64,000 nucleotides of DNA from Rhizodiscina lignyota. Its lineage: Eukaryota. Shown here piece by piece: positions 1-10,591 of the stretch; position 1 is the first letter of the stretch; every line of letters starts with the position of its first letter. Under the pieces are notes generated by a model. It did not search any database. It worked only from the letters and a program-made list of their open reading frames with translations, and was not told the origin of the DNA. The stretch covers positions 186,001 to 250,000 of the forward strand of contig ML978134.1 in the NCBI GenBank assembly GCA_010015805.1, written 5' to 3'. The position numbers were made by a program, and so were the translations under genes.

Positions 1-1
1 C

Positions 2-928
2 CCATTCCTTTTCAATGCTCGAAGCTGCAACAAATGGGCCCTCGATCGAGTCATACTAGCTGGGGATGCTGCCCACGTCTTTCCTCCCTTTGGGGGCCAA
101 GGCATAGCCTCTGGTTTTCGCGATGCCATTTCTCTCGCCTGGAGGCTTGTCCTTGCTACCCAACAAGCGTCATCAAACGGCCAACCTCCAGACTTTCGTA
201 GACTCTTCCTCGGGTGGTATTCGGAAAGAAAGCAGCAACTGGATGACTCCCTCGCTGCTACGGTCGAGAATGGTAACTACGTTACCGCAACTGACCCCCT
301 CCAGATTTTCATTCGAGACTGGAGTCTCTGGTTTATGCAATTGATTCCGAGCTGGAGGCACTGGCTTGAGCTCGGCGGCCGTCGAGATGGAATGACAAAA
401 TATCGCTGGGAGGCCGACAAGGACATGGTCTTTTTACCAGAGCTTTCCGGTGGCGTCAATTGTCCTCAGGTGTACTGCCGTCAGATAAGCAAAGATGCGC
501 GGGTGCAATTCACGGACGATGTCATCTTTGCTCACGACAAGGCAGCTTTATTCCAGGTCCTTGTACTCCTACCCGATATACATCAACTCGACGAAGTTAC
601 TGAGGCTCTGAAAGGAATCGAAGATGTATCCAGTTGCATACTAAGGGCAAATGAAGCGACTATCATTATTCAGTCGACGACGACCTTGCCATATCACGAA
701 GCTGATGTAGCAGTATATCGTCTTGCTTCCGGAGAAGAGTTTGCAAATGACGAGTTCTTGTGCGGAGGCCGACCCAAACCAGAAGGTTACGACCCGCATC
801 GGATTTCGAAGGAGGTCAGCGGTAGACGATATGTCATCCTCCGTCCAGATCGCTTTGTGTTCGCCGCATGTAATACGAAAGATGAGCTCCACGCCGCGGC
901 CAAACAGCTCGCTCTACTCGCTATATAG
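2..928 (+). CDS. FAD-dependent aromatic hydroxylase/monooxygenase (MhpA-like), 5' truncated by window edge
   Basis: Frame 2 from base 2 reads ...RVILAGDAAHVFPPFGGQGIASGFRDAISLAWRL (GDAAH/GGQG FAD motif) and is in frame with ORF 335..928, which ends with the ILRPDRFV C-terminal motif. Confidence 0.9.
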   Translation, partial: PFLFNARSCNKWALDRVILAGDAAHVFPPFGGQGIASGFRDAISLAWRLVLATQQASSNGQPPDFRRLFLGWYSERKQQLDDSLAATVENGNYVTATDPLQIFIRDWSLWFMQLIPSWRHWLELGGRRDGMTKYRWEADKDMVFLPELSGGVNCPQVYCRQISKDARVQFTDDVIFAHDKAALFQVLVLLPDIHQLDEVTEALKGIEDVSSCILRANEATIIIQSTTTLPYHEADVAVYRLASGEEFANDEFLCGGRPKPEGYDPHRISKEVSGRRYVILRPDRFVFAACNTKDELHAAAKQLALLAI

Positions 929-1531
929 TATCAAAACCGGATCTCAGAAGTGAACAATCGATTGTCCCCCACGAAATGAGGCATTGATTGAATAAGCAGC
1001 CGGATCTTCGGCGGTCCAATTTCGGTCTCGGGTGTTGGAGTACTAAAGAGGTGAGCTTACCTGGGCCCCCATCATAAATTTCAACTAGTTACAAGAAGAT
1101 TGTATGATATAATAGAGAATTTCCTGATATGTAATAGCCAAACCATTTGATTCGATGCTCTCAATGCCCTTCAAAGATGCGATCCTGAATGGTTATTGCT
1201 GACATTCATATCATGACTGTTATGAGCTTACTTGGCAGGTCTTCCTTCTTTGGATGTAGATAGGTATGGAAAGATCTAACTATTCAAGCGTTTGCGGCCG
1301 CCTACGAGCTCAAAACTCGTGCGGAAACAAGCCACTCCCGCCGCTACAGTTCTTTTATCCGCACATGCATGTATATTCCTAACACTTCCCCACATCCAGA
1401 ATGCCGGAAGAAACATTCTGCCATAATTAGTTATATTACTTACAGGTAGTCAAAATGTCGATTTCGAGGCTGCAATACAAATTGCCAGCCATAAAAACAA
1501 GTCGCAGTCCACACCGCTGCTAGACAAGACC

Positions 1532-3222
1532 ATGGCGACATTCTCTTTCAAACACCCAGAGCTGGGCGAGATACGTACCCATGATTACGACGGGGTCCTT
1601 GAGCTACTTGGGCTTAAGTATGCATCTCTCGAGGATCGATTTGCACCGGCCGAACTGGTTGAGGCGACCTCTGGAGAATCTCTCGATGCGACCAAATACG
1701 GGCCCCAAGTGCTGTCACCTCTACAAGGCATAGATATAGAGCGCGGTCTCATTCAGCAAGCCTTGCCAAATCCTGAGTTTCCAGGTGTGTCCGACAGTAA
1801 TGGCTTAAATTTAAACATTACATCGCCCACTGGAGGCTCCAAGCTTCCAGTCGTGGTCTTCATCCATGGTGGTGCTTTCGGAATCGGTGCAAACTGGTAC
1901 CCTCATTATGATTTCAAACGTCTAGTTCGAATGTCAATCGAGCAGGGCATGCCTATAATTGGCATCACTATCAAGTCCGTTAATGATGACTTCTATTGAG
2001 GCGCAGGTCCTGACTGATGAGGACAGTTACCGACTCGGCGCACCAGGGTTCCTTTTCTCAGAGGAGATGCGAGAGGCGGGCTACCTCCCGAACAATGGTT
2101 TGCGAGACCAAAGAGTTGCGCTCCAGTGGATCAAGAGGTTCATCGCGGGCTTTGGCGGCGACCCCGATAATCTCACCGTGATGGGACATAGTGCCGGTGG
2201 AATCTCAACATCGTACATGCTTGGTTCAGACGAGCCTCTGTGCAAGCAACTGATCATCTTTGGGGGCAGCCCTCCGCTGCTGAAACCGTTTCCATTGGAA
2301 ATCGCAGAGCATTTGTACCAGCAAGTCACAAACGCACTTGGGCTCGGGTCCCTGTCTGCCCCAGACCGGGTGAAAGCCCTCAAGCAGACTGACGGTGCTA
2401 AGCTTCTCGAAGTAACCCCAATGTCGGTCCCCCTGGTTCCTGTAGTCGACGATGACATTGTCAAAAGCGTGCCTAATTTCGAAGCTGTTGCCACCAAGGG
2501 GTCTGCTGGAGCGTGTGGAGCAGAGAGGCAATGGTGTCAGGCCCTGATTGTCGGAGACAGTGCTGATGATGTGAGAATTTCCGCTGTTTCCCATCTTGAG
2601 GCTGGAGCTGACAAATCCCACTTAGGCTAGCGCATTTGTTATGATTCATCTAATGGGACGCAAAGCTGGGATCGGGTCTGCTTTCGTGGCACATGTCCGC
2701 AATAGCCTATCGTCCCAATCTTCAACCGCGGAGGCGCTGCTGAGGAGCTACGGCCTCGATGGCGATGTATCCGATGACGACGCGGCGATACGGAAACTCA
2801 TTAAACTAGGATCAGACCTCAATTTCTTCGCTCCAGCCGTCCATTTTGCCGCAGCATTCAAAGGCAAGAGCTACGTATTCCATTTCAACGAGCTGAATCC
2901 GTGGGATGGTCCGATGAAAGGTCTGGCCACACACATCTTGGACGTTGCGTTTCTGTTCCAGAATTTCAATGAGCGCTTGTCCGAAGAACAGAGGTCTACT
3001 GCGGTACAGCTCGGAAAAGATATCATATCCTTTGTGAATGGCGAGGCACCATGGCCTCCGTACAACACGGAGAATGGAGCTGGGGTGTATGCACACGGGA
3101 AGCGAGAATATGTAACTGCTGCGGGAAGCACTGGACGAGAGGATACCGTCTTTCAGCTCGCTGAAAAGGCTGGGCTTGACCAGCTCTTGGACGTTTGGCA
3201 AGCGTTCTTGTTCGGTGTATGA
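1532..3222 (+). CDS. Carboxylesterase type B (alpha/beta hydrolase)
   Basis: FIHGGAF oxyanion motif, NYRLG rebuilt across intron 1975-2026, GHSAG nucleophile; second intron 2571-2625. Confidence 0.9.
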
Positions 3223-3335
3223 GAGAATCAAGAGCCCTGAGGTAGGCTACCGTAGCGTGGGCCTATCCTTGGGCCTCCATCGATAGCTGCCAGAAATACA
3301 GAGTTGCACCTCCGCTGTGGGCCTGATTCAGATCT

Positions 3336-4453
3336 CTACAATCTCGCTTCGACTCGCTCACCCTTTGCAATTCCTCCATCAACCCAGTCCTTTAATACCG
3401 GACGAGGCTGGCCTTCATATCCAACCTTCTTCATCCATTCTCCAACGCTCTTTACCCTCCCTGGGTGAATGCGATCCAGCATCTCATAATCTCTCCGTAC
3501 AAGCCCTTTGTTTCCTCCGCTTTCCTTGAACAAATTCCAGAAACCACTGAAGTTCTGACCCCAGGTTAGCAAGGTCGGATCCTTTCGATCCGTACCGATC
3601 TTGCGTGTCACAGCCTTCTTGCCCGCCGGGTAATACTTGTCCATGTATTCCTCTAGCGACACATCAAGATATTCCGCCGGCTTTCCGGTGACCTTCGTGA
3701 ATGTGGAGGCCAATTCTGCCCAATGGACATGTTGCGTCGCGACCTTGAGGTCCAGGCCATTCGTAGATGGATTGTCGAATAGATAAAGCCCATACTCGCC
3801 CAGATCCTCGAGATGGATGAGGGGCACGGCACCGCTACCAAGTGGTGCAACGAAGACGTACGGTTCGCCGGGTGCTTTTGGAGGACGTGGAAGCATAAAC
3901 TCGAAGAGTAACTCCATATATGGTCCGCTGGTAAGGACAGAGCTAGCCATGGGGCTCCTTGGTTGCGCGAGAACCCAATCTGGCGACGTAAGCAATTCCA
4001 CGGGCACGCTTTGAATGACAGGGCATAAAACACACCAGCAACCTTCCCTTTCCCATCGTAATGTCCGCACTTAAACCTCTCATGCCAACCGCCAAGCTTT
4101 GTCGAATAATCCAAACTACCCCAAACCCAGTGCTTCACCCCAGCTCGTACAGCAATCTCATACATCCTGATTCCCCAATATATCTCACCCTTTTCTCCCG
4201 TTACGTATCCATTCGTGTTTACGAACGCCCCGTGGACCCCGGAGAAGGCCTTGCGCAAGTCCGCTTCGTTGAAGCAGTCGCCGATGAAAAGGGAGACGTT
4301 CGGCCAGGAAGAAATGAGCTTTGCATCGGCTGAAGAATCAGAGCGTGTCATGGCTCTTACAGCATAGCGCCGAGAGCGAGAAAGGGAGCGGACAACTGCC
4401 ATGCCCTGCGCTCCTGTCGCGCCAATGACGAGAATGCTTTTGAGCGGAGACAT
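3336..4453 (-). CDS. NmrA-like NAD(P)-binding protein
   Basis: MSPLKSILVIGATGAQG Rossmann start, HYDGKGKVA|DWV joined across intron 3980-4035. Confidence 0.88.
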
Positions 4454-5547
4454 TCTGATAATGGAAGTGGCTGCAAGTGAGATAGAGAAAAGGGTATGGA
4501 AGCACAGATAATGATTACTTCGCGCCTGTGGCAAGAAATAACTTTGTGGAGTATTAACAAATCCAAGTGTTCTTATACCATTTCCACGTGTTCCACAGGC
4601 TGAGTAGTACTTAGCCTCACAAATGGCGACAAGCACACTACCATCGGCTTTTGAGGACATCTTGGATCACCTCGGGAATCTTGAAGATTACTTAACGGAT
4701 CGGCTGGAGTAACTGATCGGCCTCTCTTGACCATTACCTAGGTGTCACTCCAAGTTACTGGGAAGCCGGACGCGCTTGATCTTACTCCTGTGCAAATGAA
4801 TGGTTAACTTCGGTGATCACTCGGTGGTCGACGATAAAGACTCGACCAGATGCGCTCTGACTGCCTTCTTTGAACAAGCTTTTCCAACTTTGTTCGGTGG
4901 CTTTTCACTTCCTTAGCTCATCTCGTTAATCTCGCTAATTGCGCGTCGCTAATCTCGCTTCCCTACAATCCGGGGCTAACTCCTCCTTTTCGACGACTTG
5001 TCTTGTCTCCTCCTCCATACTCTTGTCAAACACGAGACTGAATTTCTAGGTAAAGGATGCAGTGTTATAGTATGCATCACACTAGCTGCGTTGAACAATT
5101 TAGACTCGTTTGGCAAGATACACAATCCCATTTCGCATGAGTTTCGTTTTCAATATTTTCAGGGGCTGCCTCCGACTCTAACGTAAAACGGCCGCGGCAC
5201 TGGGAAAATTCCATGTTCTTCTCACCGTTCGAAATAGGCTGTTGGACTCACGAGGAGCACACAGTCCTAAAGGAGATGATTATCATGCACTGATTTCCTT
5301 GAATGAATCTTGCTTGTCCGCAAATGTTTGCTGGGGCGGTTTATCTCAATCACTTCCGACTGACACCCGTCATATCTGCCGTCTACCGCACCATTTCACA
5401 ATATCCTCGGAATTTTTATACACTTCTTATGCTTTCTTTATTTCCAGTGTCATGGTGGCCGAGGTTTAGATTTGCGATTAATGATCATGCTTCTTCAAAT
5501 CTCGTCTCTTGCAACCGTGATTCTTTCGCATGTCAGTGCAATTCAGC

Positions 5548-7287
5548 ATGCCCGTGACATCTCCATTTCCTGATGTCGAAATTCCCGACGTTGACCTCTG
5601 GTCATTTCTCTTTGATCGCGAGGAACCTAGCAAAGTTGACAAACGTAAGTGTTCGCTGTTGAAACATGTGGGTATAATGCTAACACTGCGACAGCCATCT
5701 TTGTGGATGTCATCGATTCGAAGCGCTTCTTGACGTTTCAAGCCCTAAAACGTGCGAGCTCTTCTTTCGGTGCAGCCCTTTGTACTCAATGGAACTGGCA
5801 ACGTGGGGATACGCTGGGAATTTTCGGTCTGAATGACATCGACTATGTTACCGCAACCTTGGGTGCGCTATGGGCAGGAGCCACGGTGTCACCCATGAGT
5901 TTCACGTTCACTGCCAAGGAGCTTGCTTTCCAGTTAAAGAACTCTGGATCTAAAGCAATCATAGTACATCCTCATGGATTGAGCATTGTTGAGGAAGCTG
6001 CGCGTCAAGTCGGCCTACCGAGTTCGAGGATTCTGTTGTTTGGTGAAGCAGGCAGAAATCACGCCAAATACAAGAATTTCTCGCAACTCGGATGCTCTTC
6101 GCTTCCATCAAGATGGAGAATCGAACCCACGAAGGATGTGGCCCTTCTTATATACTCCTCTGGAACAACGGGCTTTCCAAAGGGCGCTAAACTCAGTCAC
6201 ACCAACGTAGTTGCAAACATTTGCCAACTCTCAGCAGCAGAAAAAGCACCCCCATCTCCGGGATACAGTCCTAAGCTCCTTGCATTCTTACCGTTTGCTC
6301 ACATCTATGGTGACATTCCTGCGCTCTGTTCGGTTTTTCGGCAACTGACAATCTACAGCTACGACTATGCTTATGTTTCTGCCATTAGTTTCAGGAACTC
6401 CGGTCTATGTCATGCCAAAGTTTGATCTAGAGGTATGCCTCAGGTCAATCCAAGAGCATAAAATCACTTACGTGTACATCGCGCCTCCTGTCGCTCTTAT
6501 TTTCGCAAAGCATCCGCTCGTTGACAAGTTTAACTTGACAAGTCTCAGAGGCTTCCTTTCAGCTGCTGCACCACTGGCTCCACAACTTGTCAAAGATATT
6601 CACAAGCGCTTGAATGTAACTACTAAGCAAGCTTACGGACTGAGCGAAACTGCTCCCACGGTCACAATCCAACAATGGCCGAATGCATTGGCTTGCAGAG
6701 GCAGCATTGGCATGCTTCTACCGAACCACACAGTCAAACTAGTCTCAGAAACTGGGGTGGAGGTACCACCAGGACAAACAGGCGAATTGTGGATCAAAGG
6801 TAAAAATGTGTTCATGGGATATCATAACAACGAGCAGGCGACTAAGGATGCATTCTCCGAGGACGGATTCTTCAAAACCGGAGACATCGCATATCAAGAC
6901 TTAGAAGGAAATTTCTGGATCACTGACCGGCTTAAGGAGCTCATCAAATATCGTGGCTATCAAGTAGCACCAGCGGAACTTGAAGCGACACTCCTTCAGA
7001 ATCCAAAAGTCGCCGACGTTGCTGTTTTGGGGATATACGATGAAAGAATTGTCTCCGAGGTACCTCGAGCGTTCGTCCAGCTTGCTCCTGGACTGGAACC
7101 GACGCAGGAGTTGGGCGAGGAGATTGCAAAGTGGATGGACTCACGAGTCTCATACACCAAGAAGCTGCGCGGTGGTGTACAATTCATACACGAGGTGCCG
7201 AAGAGTGCAGCGGGAAAGATTTTGAGGAGGGTGCTAAAGAACAAATACGGAGCTCAAACTGCTGAACCGAGAAGTGCAAAGCTGTAG
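5548..7287 (+). CDS. 4-coumarate-CoA ligase-like acyl-CoA synthetase, likely peroxisomal
   Basis: YSSGTTGFPKG, QAYGLSET, FKTGDI, DRLKELIKYRG and GKILRR motifs; introns 5645-5694 and 6310-6358; C-terminal AKL (PTS1). Confidence 0.92.
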
Positions 7288-7794
7288 TAGCTGCTACGAA
7301 GATGTTAGTGTCCCGGGAAGTGGCGAGTTTGGGTGGGGTGGTACCCAATTTTAAGTGGAGTTGTGGGGTAAGCCCCTAAAATTGCTTGATTTTCGGGTGC
7401 CTTAATTGCTCCTGTGGTAACAAGTTCTTCACATGTGTATCTGTGGCGGTTTTTGAAGAATCCAATGTTGCATATACCGCCGAAATTTGATACATGATCG
7501 GGCTATATTTCGGTTCCTTCAATATTTAGAGGTCTCTTCTGACTGATGTCAAATGCCGTGGATTTGATGTCACAACGTCGTGGATTTAACATGGATGTGT
7601 CGAAGCTGCGGGGAATTTATGCTCCCCCCCTCATCCATCGCCGATCGGGACAGCTGTCAGTCTTATACTTCCAGTCGGACAACACCTATTCTCACTTCTG
7701 ATATACACTTGATGACAGAACGCCTCAGTGAATCCACCTAGAAGCTCATTTTATTTCCATCTCCGCTAAGAGTCACGAAGAATATCCTTTCGTA

Positions 7795-8574
7795 ATGCCA
7801 CCAAAACCTCATATCGTTCTGATCCATGGCGCATATCACGACAGTTCGACCTGGAGTCTTCTTGAACCATTGCTAAATAATGCTGGCTACGAGACTTCGG
7901 CACTCGATCTGCCCTCTGTGGGTGCCGAACCGCCTCTGACAACCATCGCTCCAGACGTCGAGTACGTCCGTTCCGTCATCACCCCGATGGTCGAGGCTGG
8001 TAAATCCGTTGTGGTGGTGCTGCACTCTTATAGCGGCATCATTGGCACCACCTCGCTCTCCGGCCTCACTGCAGAGCATCGCTCAGCCCAGAAGCTTCCT
8101 GGTGGAGTAACAGCTCTTGTGTATCTCTGCGCCTGGATGCTGGATGTGGGCCAGTCGACCGTGGAGATGGGAGGTGGCCGCGGCGGCAAGCTGGGCCCAG
8201 CAGCCGTTCGAAACGATGGCAAGCATTTGTGGCATTTGAAACCTATTGAGGCCTTCTATCACGACATCCCGAGAGAGGAAGCGGAGGCCAGGGCATCGAA
8301 ACTGAGGCACCATTCTGCCCAGACACTGCAGGCTAAAGTAGAGCATGCAGCATGGAAGGAGGTGCCAGTGACGTATCTTGTCTGCAGAAACGACGTAACG
8401 ATTCCAGCGGAGCATCAATGGGCATGTATTAAGCAGGCTAAGGGAAAGGGAGCACAGGTCACAGTGGCGGAATGTGATAGTGGGCACAGTCCGATGCTAA
8501 GCATGCCCGCACTTGTGTGTAAAGTAGTCAAAGGTGCAGCTGGAGAAGAATTTGCCCCAGTTGCTCGACTGTAA
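7795..8574 (+). CDS. Alpha/beta hydrolase (Abhydrolase_6, methylesterase-like)
   Basis: LIHGAYH, LHSYSG nucleophile elbow, DSGHSPMLS; intronless; ends ARL (possible PTS1 variant). Confidence 0.88.
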   Translation: MPPKPHIVLIHGAYHDSSTWSLLEPLLNNAGYETSALDLPSVGAEPPLTTIAPDVEYVRSVITPMVEAGKSVVVVLHSYSGIIGTTSLSGLTAEHRSAQKLPGGVTALVYLCAWMLDVGQSTVEMGGGRGGKLGPAAVRNDGKHLWHLKPIEAFYHDIPREEAEARASKLRHHSAQTLQAKVEHAAWKEVPVTYLVCRNDVTIPAEHQWACIKQAKGKGAQVTVAECDSGHSPMLSMPALVCKVVKGAAGEEFAPVARL

Positions 8575-8980
8575 AGCCTAAAATGTACTGACAGGGATAG
8601 TTAATGTACGAGCAGAATGAATTTCGTTCAAAAAGCTAGGAGAAAGTCTCATTTGAATGTTCGAACTGTCTAAGTATGCAGACACTCGGTGACTCGATAG
8701 CAATCGGAGGCGTCTTCGTCCTCGCCCAATAGAACCCAAGCTCGAGGGTGACGAAATATTCGGCCGGCAGGCAAGCTGTAACGCCTAAGGAAAATCAGCT
8801 CTTACACTTCAAGGTAAGTAAGGCTATCTCTCAAAGCTCAGTTATAGATTCTTTAGAGTGGTACTAAACAATGGCAACCCAGTAAAAACCTAATACACTC
8901 TATTGATTACAGAGACTATCACTATTGTGGTTCCGCGTCTTGAAAACTGCAGGCAGCTTATTGGCCGGGTTCGAGCCAAG

Positions 8981-10159
8981 TCACCCTATAGGATGTTTCC
9001 ATTGCTGCCAGGCAATCCATGCCTGAAAGCCGCTCAACGCGAGACCAATGAACCCGAGTAGTATTGCAAAAATCACGCCTAGCAACGTGGCGAGCATGAC
9101 ATACCGTTCACCACTCTTCCGTTGCAACCAGGCCTCAACAGCTCCTCGAGGTGGAGGGTTCTCCAACTCCGCATATAGGTCCAGTAATCTCTCTCTGAAA
9201 TACAAAAATCGCGGCTCGTAAGCGTATGGAACTCCTGTGCGGTCGAAGCTGAGAGTGTCCGGGTCAAAGTTTGCCGTAGATACAAGATAGTACAGGAATG
9301 ACTGTGACTTCTTGTCTGCCAGTGGGAAAAGGACAGTTTGTATCGAGTCCAGAACTTCTAGGCAGAGTTGACGAGGCAGCGCTCCGAGTTGAAAACATGC
9401 CTCCGCGTCTGCAGAAGGTGGCAAGTCCTTCGTCAACAGGAGGTGCTCTTTGAGAAAGGCAGTGTGGTGAAAAATACTAACGATTCGGTGTTTCCGATCA
9501 AACTTTAGATGGTCGTACAGACTGTCTGTCGCTCTGAATGATACGTGTGCGTAGCGCCTGAGCTTTCTTGCTGATATGGAATTCTTCAGATCATCTGGCA
9601 AGACTGATCTCCGACCACGATTGTTATGTTGAGCAGTTTGAGGGAAAATATCGTCAAAGAACTGCTTGACAGTATGGTCCGGTTTCCACCAGACATTAGA
9701 GAAACCTTGTTCCAGGTAGCGGAAATCAGGCTGTTCCAAATCACAACTGATCATTGTCCAGGTTTTGACAGCCATCGCAAATGCTTTATCTCGTTCCCAG
9801 TCGGAGATGTCTTGCTGTTTTTCTGCCAGTAATACAAGATCCAACTTGGACTTTAGCTGTTGCCTGGTCAACTTTGGACTGTCTCTCACGCACTTTGCGG
9901 CACGCTTTAGGTCTGCGTGCGATTTTAAAGCCGGTGCTGAGTGCCCATGAATTCCAGGCTCATACATTTTGGTGAATCTCTTGTAATGATTGAAGTAATA
10001 TTCCAGCTCTGCTTGTCTTCGAGATGGGCAGTCCTCCGTCCCACAGAGTTGTTCATTCTTGCAGTCCGAACAATATGTCCAATCCCACAAGGCTACACAA
10101 AGGGCCTTCAGATCTGATGCAGAGGCTTCGGGCATATGAGATCTAATCGCAAACATCAT
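8981..10159 (-). CDS. Hypothetical fungal protein with N-terminal Cys cluster and C-terminal transmembrane segment
   Basis: Long intronless ORF; first ATG at 10159 (track start at 10339 is TTG); CSDC..LC...DC near N-terminus; hydrophobic VMLATLLGVIFAILLGFIGLALSGFQAWIAW at the C-terminus. Confidence 0.75.
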   Translation of the reverse strand: MMFAIRSHMPEASASDLKALCVALWDWTYCSDCKNEQLCGTEDCPSRRQAELEYYFNHYKRFTKMYEPGIHGHSAPALKSHADLKRAAKCVRDSPKLTRQQLKSKLDLVLLAEKQQDISDWERDKAFAMAVKTWTMISCDLEQPDFRYLEQGFSNVWWKPDHTVKQFFDDIFPQTAQHNNRGRRSVLPDDLKNSISARKLRRYAHVSFRATDSLYDHLKFDRKHRIVSIFHHTAFLKEHLLLTKDLPPSADAEACFQLGALPRQLCLEVLDSIQTVLFPLADKKSQSFLYYLVSTANFDPDTLSFDRTGVPYAYEPRFLYFRERLLDLYAELENPPPRGAVEAWLQRKSGERYVMLATLLGVIFAILLGFIGLALSGFQAWIAWQQWKHPIG

Positions 10160-10591
10160 TAACAATAAATTGATCGCGCTATTTGAGAACTTGAAATGGG
10201 AATTGAAGGGAATTTCGATAAGAAAGCCCTGCAAGTACCGCGTTCTCCCAAAGGGCCTCGTAGAGTACTCCCTAAGCCCAGCCTCACAGATGGCTTGGGG
10301 GCTGAGCTCTGTGGCTTTCTCGGTTCGGGCGACGGTCAAATCATCTCGCGGGGCTCATTGACAGTCAATAAACCCCTGATCCAGTGTAATTCGGTCGAGC
10401 TACGAATCTGTCTGACTCGCAGCTGCTGAGCGCTGTGTGCTGCGCCCATTTGCTTTGTACGACGCGCCAGCCGTCAAATATCGTATCGACTTCTCCTTCA
10501 TCAAGCCCGTCAATCTTCGCGTCGTCTTCGATATGAGATTGCTCAATTCTTGACAAATTGGCCCTATACTTTGGCTGAAACTCCAGTCTGA

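Noticed and set aside
8981..10339. TTG start at 10339 giving 452 aa
   Set aside because: Fungal genes normally start at ATG; the first ATG is at 10159
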